Below, piece by piece: positions 9,465 to 20,402 of a stretch of 64,000 nt of DNA. The notes under the pieces were generated by a model. That model made no database searches. It was not told the origin of the DNA and was given only the letters and a program-made list of their open reading frames with translations. The translations under genes were made by a program, and so were the position numbers. Source of the DNA: Candidatus Aceula meridiana (lineage in GTDB: Bacteria; Omnitrophota; Gorgyraeia; Zapsychrales; Aceulaceae); assembly GCA_030765185.1 (NCBI GenBank), contig JAVCDE010000002.1, forward strand, positions 853-64,852, given 5' to 3'. The first letter of the stretch is position 1. Each line of letters opens with the position of its first letter.

Positions 9465-10910
9465 ATGCTGACATTTAATGCAAATTCGCGCCTTAACAAA
9501 GATGCCGTTATTGTTTTTTTAACGGAAGAATCTGCTAAGAGTAAAAAGTGGAATTTTAAGAATTTAAGCCTTTCTAAAGATATTCTTCAGGTTATTTCTG
9601 CAAAACAGTTTTTGGCAAACGAAGGGGAACAGTTTCCGCTTGTGCGCGGAAAACAAGTTTGCCTTCTTGTTGGCTTAGGGAAGAGGTCAGATGTTACAAA
9701 AACATCTTTACGAACAATCACAAGTCAAGCAGTCCTATCTCCGTTTCTTAAAAAATTAAAATCTATTGATATTGTTGCGCATGAACAAAACGAGGCAACG
9801 ATTATTGGCATCATTGAAGGTATTTTGATAGGTGGTTATCGCTGGGAAAAATATATTGCAAAAAAAAGCGCTGTCCTTTCAAAGTCTATTTGTATTCTTT
9901 CAGTATCAAAGAAAATTTATATTGATACGATTGCGTCTTGCGCAGGCGTTAATCTTACTCGTGACCTTGTTAACGACAATGCTGATGTTGTCAACTCAAA
10001 TACGATTGAAAAGACTATACGCCACATTGTGAGTGGAAAAAAGAATATTTCCTTGAAAATTCTAACCGAAAAAGAATTAAAAAAGAAAGGTTTGAATTTA
10101 CTTCTTGCTGTTAATAAGGGAAGTAAGTATCCCCCAAAACTTATTATTGTTAATTATCGAGGGAGCAGTAAAAAAGGGGATTACACAGCTATTGTTGGCA
10201 AGGGTGTTACTTTTGATACTGGCGGACTCAATTTAAAGCCAACCGGTTATATTGAGACAATGCGTCTAGATATGGGCGGCGCAGGGGCAGTTATTGGAAC
10301 CCTTAAGAATACTATATCGTTAAAAATAAAAAAGAATATTTTGTTTGTTTGCGGCGTGGTTGAAAACGCAATTGGACCAAATGCATACAAGCCAGGAGAT
10401 GTTGTAAAAAGTTATGATGGCAAAACTGTTGAAGTTGCTAATACAGATGCAGAAGGACGATTAGTTTTAGCTGATGCTTTAAGCTATCTTGTTAAGAATT
10501 ATAAACCTGCACGCATTATCGATTTAGCGACTCTAACTGGTGCATGCGTTGTGGCTTTAGGATATGATTATTCTGGACTTGTTTCTAGTGATGACAATTT
10601 TGCAAAAAAGGTTCTTGCGGCGGCAAACGACACAGATGACCGTGCATGGCAGCTTCCAAGCTACAATGGCTTAAAAGATCACCTTAAGTCGCAGTATGCA
10701 GATATTAAAAATACTGGCCTACCTAAAGGAGCAGCTGGAACAATGTCTGCAGGTGAATTTTTAAGACAGTTTGTCGGTAAAACAAAATGGGCTCATTTAG
10801 ATATTGCAGGCACGGCTTTCGTTGCGGGTCCATCTCGCATGTATTTTGGGTACGGGGCAACTGGTGCCGGCGTTAGGCTTTTGACTGACTTGTTAAAAAA
10901 CAAACTTTAG
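9465..10910 (+). CDS. pepA: Leucyl aminopeptidase (M17 family)
   Basis: NTDAEGRLVLADAL signature and surrounding M17 catalytic-domain conservation. Confidence 0.85.
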   Translation: MLTFNANSRLNKDAVIVFLTEESAKSKKWNFKNLSLSKDILQVISAKQFLANEGEQFPLVRGKQVCLLVGLGKRSDVTKTSLRTITSQAVLSPFLKKLKSIDIVAHEQNEATIIGIIEGILIGGYRWEKYIAKKSAVLSKSICILSVSKKIYIDTIASCAGVNLTRDLVNDNADVVNSNTIEKTIRHIVSGKKNISLKILTEKELKKKGLNLLLAVNKGSKYPPKLIIVNYRGSSKKGDYTAIVGKGVTFDTGGLNLKPTGYIETMRLDMGGAGAVIGTLKNTISLKIKKNILFVCGVVENAIGPNAYKPGDVVKSYDGKTVEVANTDAEGRLVLADALSYLVKNYKPARIIDLATLTGACVVALGYDYSGLVSSDDNFAKKVLAAANDTDDRAWQLPSYNGLKDHLKSQYADIKNTGLPKGAAGTMSAGEFLRQFVGKTKWAHLDIAGTAFVAGPSRMYFGYGATGAGVRLLTDLLKNKL

Positions 10911-11006
10911 TTCGACGCTTCTACGCTCGCACATCATTTAAAGATGGCGCGGGTCGAACGACCCTGAGCACGCGAACAAAAGTGAGCAAGCCGAAGGGCT
11001 TTTAAA

Positions 11007-12392
11007 ATGCTTCAAAAAAAGCAAATCGCTTTTATCCTACTAATCCTTACAGGATTATTTCTTCTTGTTACTTCACAGAGCTTTTCACAAAACAATCAAA
11101 AAATTTATATTATTCAGCTTAACGATGCAAGCATTAACCCTGTCACAGCCGGATATATTGAGAAATCTATCGAAAAAGCCGAGCAGGATAAGGCACAGTG
11201 CTTGATTCTTGAGCTTGACACGCCCGGAGGGCTTTTAAACTCAACCCGGGCTATTGTGAAGCGCATTATGGCTTCCAAAGTTCCTATCATAGTTTATATT
11301 TATCCAAGCGGGTCAAGAGCTGGTTCAGCTGGAGTTTTTATTACCTATTCAAGCCATATTGCCGTTATGGCACCTTCAACAAATATCGGCGCGGCACATC
11401 CCGTGCAGCTCGGATCTCCTAAAAAAATCTCTTGGCCGCAACAATTCCGAAAAGATCAAAATAAAGATTCAGGCGAAGACATGGAAGAGGCGTCAACGCC
11501 AATGGAAGATAAAATTCTAAATGATACGATTGCTTTTGTGAAATCTATTGCGCAGAAGCGAGACCGCAACGTAGAGTGGGCTGAGAAAAGCGTACGTGGA
11601 AGTGATTCAATTACTGAGACAGAAGCTTTAAAGAAAAATGTTATTAATTTTATTGCAAATGATGAAGTAAATCTTTTAGAAAAGCTCAATGGGCAAAAAA
11701 TTACAATTAACAATTCAGAGATTATTTTAGAAACAAAAGATGCTCAAATTGAACGTATCCCGATGAATTCCCGTCAAGAACTTTTGAATGTCTTAGCCGA
11801 CCCTAACATTGCGTATATTTTGATGATTTTAGGATTTTATGGACTTCTTTATGAAATTACACACCCAGGTATTGGCGTTCCCGGCGTCATGGGAACAATT
11901 TTTCTTATTTTAGCATTTTATAGTATGCAGACGCTTCCGACAAATTATGCAGGCGTTGTTTTAATCGCGTTAGGGGTTGTCTTATTCATTGCCGAAGCAT
12001 TTGTGCCTGGGTTTGGTCTTCTGACTTTAGGTGGGGTCGGTTCCATGGTTTTAGGATCACTTATTTTATTTGATACCGCTGAACCGATTATGCGTGTGTC
12101 ATGGTCTTTAATTATTGCATTTCCTGTAGCAACAGCTGTCATCACGCTCTTTTTGGTGCGTGCTGTTTTGCAAGCACATCGCCAAAAAGTTTTAGGCGGG
12201 AGAAAAGGAATAATCGGAGAAAAGGGGATTGCAAAAACATTAATCTCTGAGAAAAAACGAGGAAAAGTTTTTGTTCATGGAGAAACATGGAATGCTATTT
12301 CGGTAGAGACAATTAAAAAAGATGATGATGTTGTTGTTGAGAAAATTGATCATTTAACATTAACAGTTAGAAGAGAAAGGAGCTCGTCATGA
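11007..12392 (+). CDS. NfeD-family membrane-bound ClpP-class serine protease (long form)
   Basis: Signal/TM N-terminus, ClpP-like region ([10 protein letters not shown]...SAGVFI), central TM block, C-terminal OB-like region; stop overlaps stomatin gene start. Confidence 0.8.
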   Translation: MLQKKQIAFILLILTGLFLLVTSQSFSQNNQKIYIIQLNDASINPVTAGYIEKSIEKAEQDKAQCLILELDTPGGLLNSTRAIVKRIMASKVPIIVYIYPSGSRAGSAGVFITYSSHIAVMAPSTNIGAAHPVQLGSPKKISWPQQFRKDQNKDSGEDMEEASTPMEDKILNDTIAFVKSIAQKRDRNVEWAEKSVRGSDSITETEALKKNVINFIANDEVNLLEKLNGQKITINNSEIILETKDAQIERIPMNSRQELLNVLADPNIAYILMILGFYGLLYEITHPGIGVPGVMGTIFLILAFYSMQTLPTNYAGVVLIALGVVLFIAEAFVPGFGLLTLGGVGSMVLGSLILFDTAEPIMRVSWSLIIAFPVATAVITLFLVRAVLQAHRQKVLGGRKGIIGEKGIAKTLISEKKRGKVFVHGETWNAISVETIKKDDDVVVEKIDHLTLTVRRERSSS

Positions 12393-13135
12393 GCGGATGG
12401 ATTATTGCCGGCTTAGTTGCTGTTTATTTATTCAACAGTGTCAAAATTGTTAAGGAATATGAACGTGTTGTTATTTTTCGTTTAGGCCGTGTTTTAAAGG
12501 AAGCTAAAGGGCCTGGGGTTATTTTTGTTTTTTGGCCGATTGATCAGGCTCGCATTATTAGTCTTCGTCTTGTAGCCTTAGATGTTCCGGCACAGGACAT
12601 TATTACAAAAGATAATGTTTCTGTTAAGGTAAATGCTGTTGTTTATTTTCGCGTTATGGATCCTGTGAGCGCTATTATTGAGGTTCAGAATTTTCAATAT
12701 GCAACATCACAGATGGCTCAAACAACATTGCGTAGTGTTATCGGTGAAATGGAATTGGACGAACTTTTGTCACAACGCGAAATGATCAATGACAAATTGC
12801 AGACTATTTTAGACAAGCAAACAGACCCTTGGGGCATTAAAGTTTCAAATGTTGAAGTTAAGGATGTTGATATTTCGGAAAACCTTAAAAGGGCTATGGC
12901 TCGCCAGGCTGAAGCTGAACGCGAAAGACGTGCAAAAATTATTGCTTCAGAAGGTGAATTTCAGGCTGCTGCAAAAATCTGTGATGCTGCTAAACTGATG
13001 CAAGAGTACCCAATGGCGCTTCAGCTACGCTATTTGCAGACTTTAGTTGAAATCGGAAATACAAACAACACCACAACACTGTTTCCAATTCCGATTGATA
13101 TTTTTGACGCATTTAAGAAAATTGCCCAGAAATAG
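12389..13135 (+). CDS. SPFH/band-7 (stomatin-like) protein
   Basis: N-terminal TM then [15 protein letters not shown]...[25 protein letters not shown] (SPFH core) and coiled-coil [13 protein letters not shown]; classic nfeD-stomatin pair. Confidence 0.85.
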   Translation: MSGWIIAGLVAVYLFNSVKIVKEYERVVIFRLGRVLKEAKGPGVIFVFWPIDQARIISLRLVALDVPAQDIITKDNVSVKVNAVVYFRVMDPVSAIIEVQNFQYATSQMAQTTLRSVIGEMELDELLSQREMINDKLQTILDKQTDPWGIKVSNVEVKDVDISENLKRAMARQAEAERERRAKIIASEGEFQAAAKICDAAKLMQEYPMALQLRYLQTLVEIGNTNNTTTLFPIPIDIFDAFKKIAQK

Positions 13136-13154
13136 ACCGTTAGGACCCACCTTT

Positions 13155-13178
13155 GCCCGCTATTATTTTATAGCGGGC
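13155..13178 (+). terminator. Intrinsic terminator-like hairpin after stomatin gene
   Basis: GCCCGCTAT/ATAGCGGGC perfect 9-bp stem with 6-nt loop (tatttt) 20 nt after stop codon; no strong U-tract. Confidence 0.5.
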
Positions 13179-13271
13179 AAGGCTTAGTTCAGTTGTCTCA
13201 ATATTATTGAAAAATGAAGAAAGTTAGCTTAACAATTGATTGCACAATAAAGTCGGTGTAAGATAACGTTT

Positions 13272-14669
13272 ATGAAATTTCGAGTTGAAAAAGATACCTT
13301 AGGTTCTGTAAAAGTGCCTGAAAATGCGCTATATGGCGCTCAAACAGAGCGTGCGCTCTTAAATTTTGGCCCTAGCCGAGTTAACTATGGCTATTATAGT
13401 TATTTTTTTGTTCGTGCTATTGCTACTGTTAAAAAAGCTGCTGCTCAAACAAACAAAGACTTAGGCCTCTTGTCCGCAAAAAAAGCCCAACTTATTATTA
13501 AAGCTGCTGATGAAGTTCTTGAGGGGAAGCATAGTCACGAATTCTTGCTTGGCATTTTGCAAAGTGGAAGCGGAACTCAAAGCAATATGAACATGAATGA
13601 GGTTCTTGCTAACCGCGCAATTCAATTAGCCAATGGAAAAGTGGGCAGCAAAAAGCCTGTTCATCCCAATGATGATGTTAATATGGGTCAGTCATCCAAT
13701 GATGTTATTCCTACAGCCATGCATGTAGCAACAGTTTTAGCAGCCGATGAAATCATTGTAATACTTAACCTTTTAGCAATGACACTAAGAAAAAAGTCTA
13801 AAGAATTTAAAGAAATTATTAAAGTTGGGCGAACGCACCTTATGGACGCAACACCTCTGACTCTCGGAGCAGAGTTTTCTGGATACGCAACTCAGGTTAA
13901 AAATGGAATTGTACGCATTAAAAGTTGCTTGCCGCATCTCAAGGAGCTTGCGCTGGGAGGGACTGCCGTTGGCACAGGTCTTAATACGCATCCTCAGTTT
14001 ACTACCAAGACAGTCAGAAATATTTCAAAAATTACAAAGCAGACGTTTAAATCTGCTCCTAATAAATATGAAGCAATTGCAGCTCATGATGCTTTGGTTC
14101 AATTTAGCGGAACTCTTAAAACAGTTGCCGTGTCGCTTTTAAAAATTGCTAATGATATTCGTTTATTAAGTTCAGGGCCGCGTTGCGGACTCAATGAGTT
14201 AATTTTACCTGCTAACGAGCCAGGCAGTTCGATTATGCCTGGAAAAGTTAATCCATCACAATGTGAATCAATGATGATGGCCTGTGCAAAAGTGATTGGA
14301 AACGACACAGCGGTTAGCATCGCAGGTGCAGGCGGCAACCTTGAGCTCAACACATTCAAGCCGTTAATTATTTATACAATTTTAGATTCTATTGATTTTT
14401 TGGCCGAGTCTTTGCCTGGATTTACGTTTGCTTGCATTAGTGAAATAAAGCCAAATAAAAAGCAGATTCAAAAGAATTTAGAAAATTCTTTAATGCTTGT
14501 AACTGTTTTGAATAAGCATATTGGATACGATAAAGCAGCGTTAATCGCACAAAAAGCTTATACAGAAAATAAAACTTTGAAGGAAGCTGCAGCTGCTTTA
14601 GGCTTTGTTACAGAAAAACAATTTGACAAAATCGCTCAACCTCAGAAAATGCTTAAACCATCAAAATAA
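13272..14669 (+). CDS. fumC: Fumarate hydratase, class II
   Basis: GSSIMPGKVNPSQCE signature (Thr/Ser-Gln-Cys-Glu variant typical of FumC rather than aspartase PAKVNPVVPE); 465 aa. Confidence 0.85.
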   Translation: MKFRVEKDTLGSVKVPENALYGAQTERALLNFGPSRVNYGYYSYFFVRAIATVKKAAAQTNKDLGLLSAKKAQLIIKAADEVLEGKHSHEFLLGILQSGSGTQSNMNMNEVLANRAIQLANGKVGSKKPVHPNDDVNMGQSSNDVIPTAMHVATVLAADEIIVILNLLAMTLRKKSKEFKEIIKVGRTHLMDATPLTLGAEFSGYATQVKNGIVRIKSCLPHLKELALGGTAVGTGLNTHPQFTTKTVRNISKITKQTFKSAPNKYEAIAAHDALVQFSGTLKTVAVSLLKIANDIRLLSSGPRCGLNELILPANEPGSSIMPGKVNPSQCESMMMACAKVIGNDTAVSIAGAGGNLELNTFKPLIIYTILDSIDFLAESLPGFTFACISEIKPNKKQIQKNLENSLMLVTVLNKHIGYDKAALIAQKAYTENKTLKEAAAALGFVTEKQFDKIAQPQKMLKPSK

Positions 14670-14672
14670 AAA

Positions 14673-14780
14673 ATGAAAGAAGTCCTCGATACAATCATAA
14701 CACTCTTCGTTTTAGCCCTCTTAGTCAGCATCATCGTCGTTCCTGGCTATGTTATCTTTAAAAATATGAGGAAAAAATAA
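14673..14780 (+). CDS. Putative small membrane peptide (35 aa)
   Basis: ATG 3 nt after fumC stop; MKEVLDTIITLFVLALLVSIIVVPGYVIFKNMRKK = single TM helix with basic C-terminus; no clear SD. Confidence 0.3.
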   Translation: MKEVLDTIITLFVLALLVSIIVVPGYVIFKNMRKK

Positions 14781-14793
14781 AGAAAGAGAAGGA

Positions 14794-16167
14794 TTAGCTT
14801 TCTTTGAATTCGGCGACAAGACCAGAGATAGTCTTTTTGGCATCGCCGAAAAGCATGCGGGTATTTTCGTAAAAGAAAAGTTCGTTTGGAATCCCTGCAA
14901 ATCCAGTTGCCATAGACCGTTTTAAGACAAAAACGGTTTTTGCTTTATAGGCTTCAATGATCGGCATTCCATAAATTGGGCTTGTTTTATCATGCAAAGC
15001 AGCAGGATTAACAACATCGTTGGCACCAATAACCACACACACATCAACTGCATTAAATTTTGGATTAATATTATCCATTTCAAAAAGTTGATCATAAGGA
15101 ACATTAGCTTCTGCTAAAAGAACATTCATGTGTCCTGGCATACGGCCAGCCACAGGGTGAATCGCATATTCGACTTCACATCCATTTTCTTCTAAGAGCC
15201 CACCTAGTTCACGCACAACGTGCTGAGCCTGGGCAACGGCTAATCCGTATCCTGGAACAAAAACAACAGATTTTGCAGCTTCTAGAATAAGGTAAGCATC
15301 TTGTACGTTAATTGGCTTAATATCGCCTTTTTCTTCACCGACTGCTTGTTTAATTACCGACCCGAAACCGCTAAATAAAACATTGGCAATCGAGCGGTTC
15401 ATCGCCTTACACATAATGCGCGTTAGAATAATCCCGCTTGCACCAACAAGGGCACCGGCCACAATCAAAATATTGTTTTTAATAACAAAACCGGCAGCAC
15501 AGGCTGCTAAGCCCGAATAGCTGTTTAAAAGAGAAATGACGACAGGCATGTCTGCACCGCCGATTGGAATAACGGATGAAATTCCCAAGAAAAAAGAGAG
15601 GGCAACAATCAAAAGAAACGCCTGGTAGTTGGCCGCCGGATTGGAAATAAAAACAATACCACAGGTCAAAATCGATAAAAGCAATGTGAGATTAAGAATT
15701 TTTTGACCTTGAAATAGAAGAGACTTTGATGGGAAGACTCCGCTTAACTTTCCCCAGGCTACAATACTTCCTGTGAATGTTACGCCACCGATTAAAACGG
15801 ATAAAAATACTGTAATAATCGTTAGCAGTTCAACGCGTAAGCCTGCATGAAAAACAGCCCATCCGACTAAAAGGGAAGCAATGCCGCCAAAACCGTTTAA
15901 AAGGGCAACCATCTCCGGCATTGCCGTCATCGCAATCAATCGTGCAGCAAAAATTCCTAAAATCGACCCGATAAAGATTCCTAACACAATCCATTGAAAA
16001 GACAGCCCCTTAGTCAAAAGCGTGGCAACAACTGCTAAAAACATTCCAACAGCTGAAATCAGATTTCCTTTACGGGCTGATTCAGGCGATGAAAGCATTT
16101 TGAGGCCCAAAGCAAAAAGGATAGCTGCGATGATATAAACAATATTAATGAGAATCGTAAAATCCAT
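14794..16167 (-). CDS. pntB: NAD(P) transhydrogenase subunit beta
   Basis: 457 aa; N-terminal multi-TM region and C-terminal NADP(H)-binding domain (GYGLAVAQAQH...). Confidence 0.9.
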   Translation of the reverse strand: MDFTILINIVYIIAAILFALGLKMLSSPESARKGNLISAVGMFLAVVATLLTKGLSFQWIVLGIFIGSILGIFAARLIAMTAMPEMVALLNGFGGIASLLVGWAVFHAGLRVELLTIITVFLSVLIGGVTFTGSIVAWGKLSGVFPSKSLLFQGQKILNLTLLLSILTCGIVFISNPAANYQAFLLIVALSFFLGISSVIPIGGADMPVVISLLNSYSGLAACAAGFVIKNNILIVAGALVGASGIILTRIMCKAMNRSIANVLFSGFGSVIKQAVGEEKGDIKPINVQDAYLILEAAKSVVFVPGYGLAVAQAQHVVRELGGLLEENGCEVEYAIHPVAGRMPGHMNVLLAEANVPYDQLFEMDNINPKFNAVDVCVVIGANDVVNPAALHDKTSPIYGMPIIEAYKAKTVFVLKRSMATGFAGIPNELFFYENTRMLFGDAKKTISGLVAEFKES

Positions 16168-16172
16168 AAAGA

Positions 16173-16457
16173 TTACCGTTTCTTAAACATTTTTAACATT
16201 CGATCTGTGACAAGGTATCCTCCGACTACATTAATCGTCGCAAAGACAACTGCCAGCGTTCCTAAGGTTGTGCTTATTGTATTGCTTTCAGCTCCCGCAG
16301 AAACTAAAGCCCCAACAAGCGTAATACCAGAAATAGCGTTTGAGCCAGACATTAAAGGAGTATGCAATATCGAAGGCACTTTGGAGATAAGCTCGAATCC
16401 CAAAAAAACCGAGAGGACTAAGATAAATAAAAGAAAAATAAAAAGGTCAATACCCAT
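16173..16457 (-). CDS. pntA: NAD(P) transhydrogenase alpha subunit, membrane part (PntA-II)
   Basis: 94-aa hydrophobic protein MGIDLFIFLLFILVLSVFLGFELISKVP...SGSNAISGITLVGALVSAG; lies between pntAA and pntB. Confidence 0.85.
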   Translation of the reverse strand: MGIDLFIFLLFILVLSVFLGFELISKVPSILHTPLMSGSNAISGITLVGALVSAGAESNTISTTLGTLAVVFATINVVGGYLVTDRMLKMFKKR

Positions 16458-16476
16458 AGCGATTAGTTTGTTTTTA

Positions 16477-17589
16477 TCAGTTTATTAATAACTTTTCATT
16501 ATATGTTAAAAGGCAACCTTTGATGATTTCATTCTCAAGGTTGATTTTAAAAATCTGATTGTCTTTATCCCAAAGTTCTTCAATAAGATTGTAAATATTG
16601 TTTGCGTACATTTCACTGGCATTAACAGCGACATACGAAGGAAGACTTGAAACTCCTAAAATTCTAACGCCATTGAGGACAACTTCTTCATCAAGAGCAG
16701 AGCCCTCGACATTGCCGCCTGTTTCAACAGCCATGTCTATGATGATGCTTCCCGGGTTCATTTTTTCAATCATTTTTTTGGTAATAATAACAGGTGCTTT
16801 TTTCCCAAAAACTTGGGCAGTGGTAATAACAACGTCAGCATTGGTGCATGCCTTAGCCATGCCATCACGTTGTTTTTTAATTTGTTCCTCTGTTAACTGT
16901 TTGGCGTAACCATCTTTGGTTTCACCTGTTTGCCCTAAATCAATCTTAACAAATTTTGCTCCAAGAGACTGTACTTGCTCTGCAACCGCGGGGCGGGTAT
17001 CAAAAGCTTCGACACGGGCGCCTAGTCTCTTGGCAGTTGCAATGGCCTGAAGCCCTGCGACACCAGCGCCGACAATAAATACTCTCGCCGGTGAAATTGT
17101 TCCGGCAGGTGTCATCTGCATCGGAAAAATTTTGGGAAGGCTTTGGGCAGCCAAAATAACTGCAACGTAGCCTGCTAAAGACGCCTGAGAGCTTAATGCA
17201 TCCATTTTTTGCGCCTTCGTAATTCTTGGAATCATTTCCATACTAATGGCATTAATATTTTTTTTAGCAAACATTTTAACAAGAGTGGACTCTTTGAACG
17301 GGTCAAGAAAGCTGACATAAAAACTGCCCGGCTTTAACGAATTAATTTCTTCGGGGGAAGGCTTTCCTAGTCTTAAGATAATATCTGCGGCTGAAAAAAG
17401 TTCTTTATGCGTTTTGACAATTTTAACCCCAGCATCCTTGTATGCTTGATCAGAAAAAAAAAGGGGCGCGCCAAGATTTGTCCGCATGCGAACGTCAAAC
17501 CCCAAACCAATAAATTTCTTAGCAATTGTAGGAGTTAAGGCAATGCGTTTTTCTTTTAAATCGATTTCTTTTGGGAAGGCAATAATCAT
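16477..17589 (-). CDS. pntA: NAD(P) transhydrogenase alpha subunit, soluble part (PntA-I, alanine dehydrogenase-like)
   Basis: 370 aa; MIIAFPKEIDLKEKRIALTPT...; NAD-binding GAGVAGLQAIATAKRLGA. Confidence 0.9.
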   Translation of the reverse strand: MIIAFPKEIDLKEKRIALTPTIAKKFIGLGFDVRMRTNLGAPLFFSDQAYKDAGVKIVKTHKELFSAADIILRLGKPSPEEINSLKPGSFYVSFLDPFKESTLVKMFAKKNINAISMEMIPRITKAQKMDALSSQASLAGYVAVILAAQSLPKIFPMQMTPAGTISPARVFIVGAGVAGLQAIATAKRLGARVEAFDTRPAVAEQVQSLGAKFVKIDLGQTGETKDGYAKQLTEEQIKKQRDGMAKACTNADVVITTAQVFGKKAPVIITKKMIEKMNPGSIIIDMAVETGGNVEGSALDEEVVLNGVRILGVSSLPSYVAVNASEMYANNIYNLIEELWDKDNQIFKINLENEIIKGCLLTYNEKLLIN

Positions 17590-17728
17590 AATTTTTTAGT
17601 TTCCTCTAAGTTAATCCATCATAACAAAAAGGTTTTTTGTCTGCAAGAAATTATAACAATACTTGATATTTAATATATTTACTTATAGAATATAAAAATT
17701 AAATAACATTTCAAGAGAAAGCTCTTCT

Positions 17729-18148
17729 TTGGTAAAATTAACACAACCCATTGAGCACCAGGGAATCGTTGCGAAGGTTAACGAAAAAATCGCTGAGGTA
17801 AAAATTGAAGCGACTTCAGCCTGTGCTCAATGCCATGCAAAAGGTGCTTGTGTAGCATCTGACATGGCTGAAAAAATTATCGAGGTCAAGCTCGATGGTT
17901 CCCAGGTTTCTCTTGGACAGACTGTCACGGTTACCCTTGCGCGTTCTTTAGGGATTCAGGCAGTCTTACTAGGATATATTTTTCCGTTTGTTTTGGCGCT
18001 AGGGACATTGATCATCGCGCTACATTTAACGAAACGGGAAGTTACTGCTGGGGTTAGCGCACTTGTTATTTTATTTCCTTATTATTTTGGGCTATATTTA
18101 ATCCGGCATCGCATTAAAGAAATCTTTCAATTTAAACTAAAAATATGA
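17729..18148 (+). CDS. RseC/MucC-family protein (SoxR-reducing system protein), first gene of rnf cluster
   Basis: TTG start; GIVAKVNEKIAEVKIEATSACAQCHAKGACVAS (RseC Cys motif) followed by two TM helices; immediately precedes rnfB. Confidence 0.7.
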   Translation: MVKLTQPIEHQGIVAKVNEKIAEVKIEATSACAQCHAKGACVASDMAEKIIEVKLDGSQVSLGQTVTVTLARSLGIQAVLLGYIFPFVLALGTLIIALHLTKREVTAGVSALVILFPYYFGLYLIRHRIKEIFQFKLKI

Positions 18149-19035
18149 ATTCAACAATCCTCTTTACAATTCTCTCATTAAGCTCTCTCGGTGTTTTATC
18201 CGGAATTATTCTTTTTTTCATTGCAAAGAAATTTCACGTAGAAGAAGACCCTCGTATTGATGATGTCGAAGGTGTTTTGCCTGGGGCTAATTGTGGTGGC
18301 TGTGGATATCCCGGATGCCGAAAATTTGCTGAGGTTTGTGTTCAATCAAAAGAACTGGAAGGTTTGTTTTGTCCGGTTGGTGGAAATAACTGTATGACCG
18401 ACGTGGCAAAAATCCTGGGCATTGAAGTTATTGAAAAAGCAGCAATGACGGCTGTTGTGCGATGTAATGGGTCGTATCAAAATCGTCCACGTACCAATGT
18501 TTACGATGGGACAACTTGGTGCAAAATTGTGCATAATCTTTATTCTGGTGAAACTGGATGTTCTTATGGCTGCATGGGGCTTGGAGATTGTGTTAAATCT
18601 TGTAAATTTGATGCGATTTATATTAGCGAAGAAACTGGCTTACCTGTGATCGATCAAGACAAATGCGTGGCATGCGGCGCTTGTGTAAAAGCATGCCCTC
18701 GTAAACTAATAGAACTTCGCTTAAAGGGTAAAGCTAATCGGCGTATTTTTGTTGCATGTTCAAATCCTGAAAAAGGAGGCCTGGCCCGTAAAGTTTGTAA
18801 AGCAGCCTGTATCGGATGTGGTAAATGCGTTAAAGTTTGTCCATTTGATGCCATTGAGATGAAGGGGCCATTGGCCTATATTGATTTTAATAAATGTAAA
18901 TTATGCCGAAAATGCGTTTTAGAGTGTCCGACGGGCGCAATTCATGAAATTAATTTTCCACCTAAAAAATCTAAGCCGCAGCCAGACCCATCAGGTGTTG
19001 CTGAAAAAATTGAAAATAAGGATTCTTCAGCATGA
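18145..19035 (+). CDS. rnfB: Rnf electron-transport complex subunit B (polyferredoxin)
   Basis: N-terminal TM, CGGCGYPGC motif and multiple 4Fe-4S CxxCxxCxxxCP motifs. Confidence 0.85.
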   Translation: MNSTILFTILSLSSLGVLSGIILFFIAKKFHVEEDPRIDDVEGVLPGANCGGCGYPGCRKFAEVCVQSKELEGLFCPVGGNNCMTDVAKILGIEVIEKAAMTAVVRCNGSYQNRPRTNVYDGTTWCKIVHNLYSGETGCSYGCMGLGDCVKSCKFDAIYISEETGLPVIDQDKCVACGACVKACPRKLIELRLKGKANRRIFVACSNPEKGGLARKVCKAACIGCGKCVKVCPFDAIEMKGPLAYIDFNKCKLCRKCVLECPTGAIHEINFPPKKSKPQPDPSGVAEKIENKDSSA

Positions 19036-20402
19036 AATTAAAAAAAGAATTAAAAACATTTCCTAAGGGTGGCGTTCATCCTGCTGATAATAAATTATCG
19101 GCGAATCGTCCCATTGAAGAGCTGCCGCTTCCTCAAACCGTAGCTATCCCTGTTTCTCAACATTTAGGTGCCCCGGCTAAGCCGATTGTTGCTGTTGGAG
19201 ATACAGTTAAGGTTGGACAAGTTATTGCTGAAAGCGGTGGTTATGTCTCAACCAACATTCATGCCACAGCTTCAGGAATTGTTGCTAAAATTGAAGATGT
19301 TATGGACGCTACAGGGTATCGACGGCTTGCTGTTATTATTAATGTTGAGGGTGATAATTGGCTTGAGAATATCGACCGGACGCCAGACATCAAGAGTGAG
19401 ATTAATGCTTCACAAGAGGAGATTATCAAGAAAGTGCAGGCTGATGGCATTGTTGGCCTAGGAGGCGCGACATTTCCTTTGCATGTAAAATTAACACCAC
19501 CAAAAGGAAAAAAAGCAGAGATGCTTTTAATAAATGGTGTTGAGTGCGAACCTTTCTTAACAGCAGATCATCGCCTGATGCTTGAAAAGGGTCAAGAAAT
19601 TCTGGTTGGCATTCGCATTGTTATGCGCGCCCTAGACGTTGAAAAAACTTTAATTGGAATTGAGGCTAATAAGCTTGATGCGATCGAATACCTTCGAACG
19701 CTAACCGAAGGTGATGTCGGTATTCACGTTATTCCTCTCAAGGTGCAGTATCCTCAAGGCGCAGAAAAGCAACTTGTTGAGGCGTTAACTTCACACCAAG
19801 TTCCAATCGGCGGACTTCCTATTGATGTCGGCATTGTCGTTCAGAATATTGGAACTATTTTTGCAGTTTATGAATCTATTCAAAAAAATAAACCACTCGT
19901 TGATCGCGTTATTACAGTGACAGGAAAAAAGCTTATCAATCCGTCTAACTTCTTAGTTCGTTTTGGTGTTCCTACGATTGATTTAATTAAAGCAGCTGGT
20001 GGGCTTCCTCAGGATACGGGTAAAATTATTTCTGGGGGACCTATGATGGGCAAGGCATTAAATACATCAGACGTTCCAGTGACAAAAGGAACTTCTGGGA
20101 TTTTGGTGTTATCGAAAAATGAAGCGAAGAGAGAAGAAGTTTTGCCATGCATCCGTTGCGCACGATGTGTTTCTCATTGTCCTTTAGGTTTAGAGCCATA
20201 TTTATTGATGAGTTTAGTTGAAAAAGGTATGATAGATGAAGCTGAAAAAGAGATTATCACAAATTGTTGCGAATGCGGATCCTGCGCCTATGTTTGTCCG
20301 GCAAAGCGTCCGTTGTTAGATTATATCCGATTGGGAAAGTCCATTATTATGCAGCGTAATCGAGAGGCTAACCAGAAGGCAGTCCAGGAGGCCCGAAAAT
20401 GA
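19032..20402 (+). CDS. rnfC: Rnf complex subunit C
   Basis: 456 aa; NADH-binding region and CIRCARCVSHCP...CCECGSCAYVCP ferredoxin motifs. Confidence 0.85.
   Translation: MKLKKELKTFPKGGVHPADNKLSANRPIEELPLPQTVAIPVSQHLGAPAKPIVAVGDTVKVGQVIAESGGYVSTNIHATASGIVAKIEDVMDATGYRRLAVIINVEGDNWLENIDRTPDIKSEINASQEEIIKKVQADGIVGLGGATFPLHVKLTPPKGKKAEMLLINGVECEPFLTADHRLMLEKGQEILVGIRIVMRALDVEKTLIGIEANKLDAIEYLRTLTEGDVGIHVIPLKVQYPQGAEKQLVEALTSHQVPIGGLPIDVGIVVQNIGTIFAVYESIQKNKPLVDRVITVTGKKLINPSNFLVRFGVPTIDLIKAAGGLPQDTGKIISGGPMMGKALNTSDVPVTKGTSGILVLSKNEAKREEVLPCIRCARCVSHCPLGLEPYLLMSLVEKGMIDEAEKEIITNCCECGSCAYVCPAKRPLLDYIRLGKSIIMQRNREANQKAVQEARK

Noticed and set aside
10911-11006. tRNA, tmRNA or SRP RNA in the GC-rich intergenic segments (10911-11006, 40021-40138, 58440-58560)
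   Set aside because: They have no T-loop GGTTCGAATCC-type box, no cloverleaf-compatible stems, no SRP domain-IV motif (GGAAGCAGCC) and no tmRNA termini. They are left as unclassified structured elements.
13136-13271. Additional regulatory RNA in the stomatin-fumC gap
   Set aside because: Only the single GC-rich hairpin (terminator-like) stands out. The remainder is AT-rich promoter-like sequence without conserved structure.
17454-17462. A9/T9 homopolymer as a phase-variation tract
   Set aside because: It lies inside the pntAA coding sequence (encodes Phe-Phe-Ser). Slippage would frameshift a core metabolic gene. Such tracts are common in AT-rich coding DNA.
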